NCBI RefSeq assembly: GCF_032062105.1
Contig: NW_026935861.1
Span: 62,001-126,000, forward strand
Direction: 5' to 3'
DNA: 64,000 nt
Source: Saccostrea cucullata
Lineage: Eukaryota
Positions 63,261-64,000 of the stretch are shown here, piece by piece. The position numbers and the translations under genes were made by a program. Numbering within the stretch: position 1 is the first letter of the stretch; every line of letters begins with the position of its first letter. The notes beneath the pieces are model-generated. The model ran no database searches, was not told the origin of the DNA, and saw only the letters and a list, made by a program, of their open reading frames with translations.

Positions 63261-64000
63261 GAAAGGCGGACCAAATATGTTATCGTATTAGGTCCGGCCG
63301 GACCTTTAAACGAGGCGGACCAAATATTATGCGACACCGGCCTAATTGTTTACACACTATTTAAAATGGACTTTGAACTTGACTATTGTTCTGTAGAACT
63401 AAGAGAGAGAATTGAAAATTCAAAATATGAATATATATCCCATTTACAGCATGGTTTTAAATAAAAACCTTCATGCTTGCTTGCTCTGACCTCAAGTACT
63501 TGTTCCATTGGCGCCGCGCTCTAACTGGCGACGCAACATGCCCATTTCCCCAAATTGCGTGTCGCATGTTCCCATGCTCCGCTATTGAAATCGAAAGTAG
63601 ATTAGAAAACCATGGATATCATTTTGTCCATAGACTGAAAAGAATTTTGTGGTAGGTAAAATGTTTGGTGGATTCATTATGTATGAGTTTTTAAGCAAAC
63701 AATGTACATGTACATTATATATTTACATATTACCTAACTTACAAGACTGAAGTTATACGATGAGTTTTTTTAAAAACAAAATGAAACTAAAATATCCTGA
63801 TGATCTAAGTGTGTATTGTATTTGATCTTCTGTGGTTTTTTTTTTTAATATTTACCTTGTATCAGCCAAAAATGAGAGCTTAGTAAGCGGTATCTGCAAA
63901 GGAAGCATGTTTAGAAAAATAGATCAAAAATACATCATGATCGAAAAGATATAGAGGATAGGGTTCAATCTTGTTAATTATACGAAAAAAAAACATGTTA

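Noticed and set aside
1-64000. tRNA, rRNA or snRNA genes; prokaryotic defence systems
   Set aside because: None recognised by eye; the window is eukaryotic. A tRNAscan-SE/Rfam scan would be needed to exclude small RNAs.

Overview
AT-rich, intron-containing animal DNA. The gene content (expanded HSPA12, FAS1 proteins) and repeat types (HINE-type Helentron derivatives, Penelope-like elements) suggest a bivalve, probably an oyster; this is inference. I built the gene models by hand from GT-AG junctions and reading frames. In order: (1) the 3' part of a gene encoding two tandem [SRCR + six-bladed YWTD beta-propeller] modules with no EGF or transmembrane domain in the visible part; (2) a convergent ApoD-like lipocalin gene; (3) a decayed Penelope-like reverse transcriptase (RT), plus at least 15 dispersed copies of its structured 3' end; (4) three secreted two-FAS1 (fasciclin) genes and a partial tandem duplicate with intact terminal exons; (5) a head-to-head pair of divergent HSPA12 paralogues duplicated as a unit, with one pair pseudogenised and one intact; (6) a Gypsy LTR element nested in the dead pair, with 5' LTR, primer-binding site (PBS), target-site duplication (TSD), -1 frameshift signal and a deletion of integrase plus most of the 3' LTR. 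Its Gag has an unusual N-terminus: a CxxC...CxxC motif followed by two hydrophobic helices. Many MITEs, HINEs, an RTE fragment and one N-gap fill the rest. The best leads are the candidate membrane-anchored Gag, the paired HSPA12 unit with IRF-type motifs, and the conserved structured 3' RNA module of the Penelope-like element.
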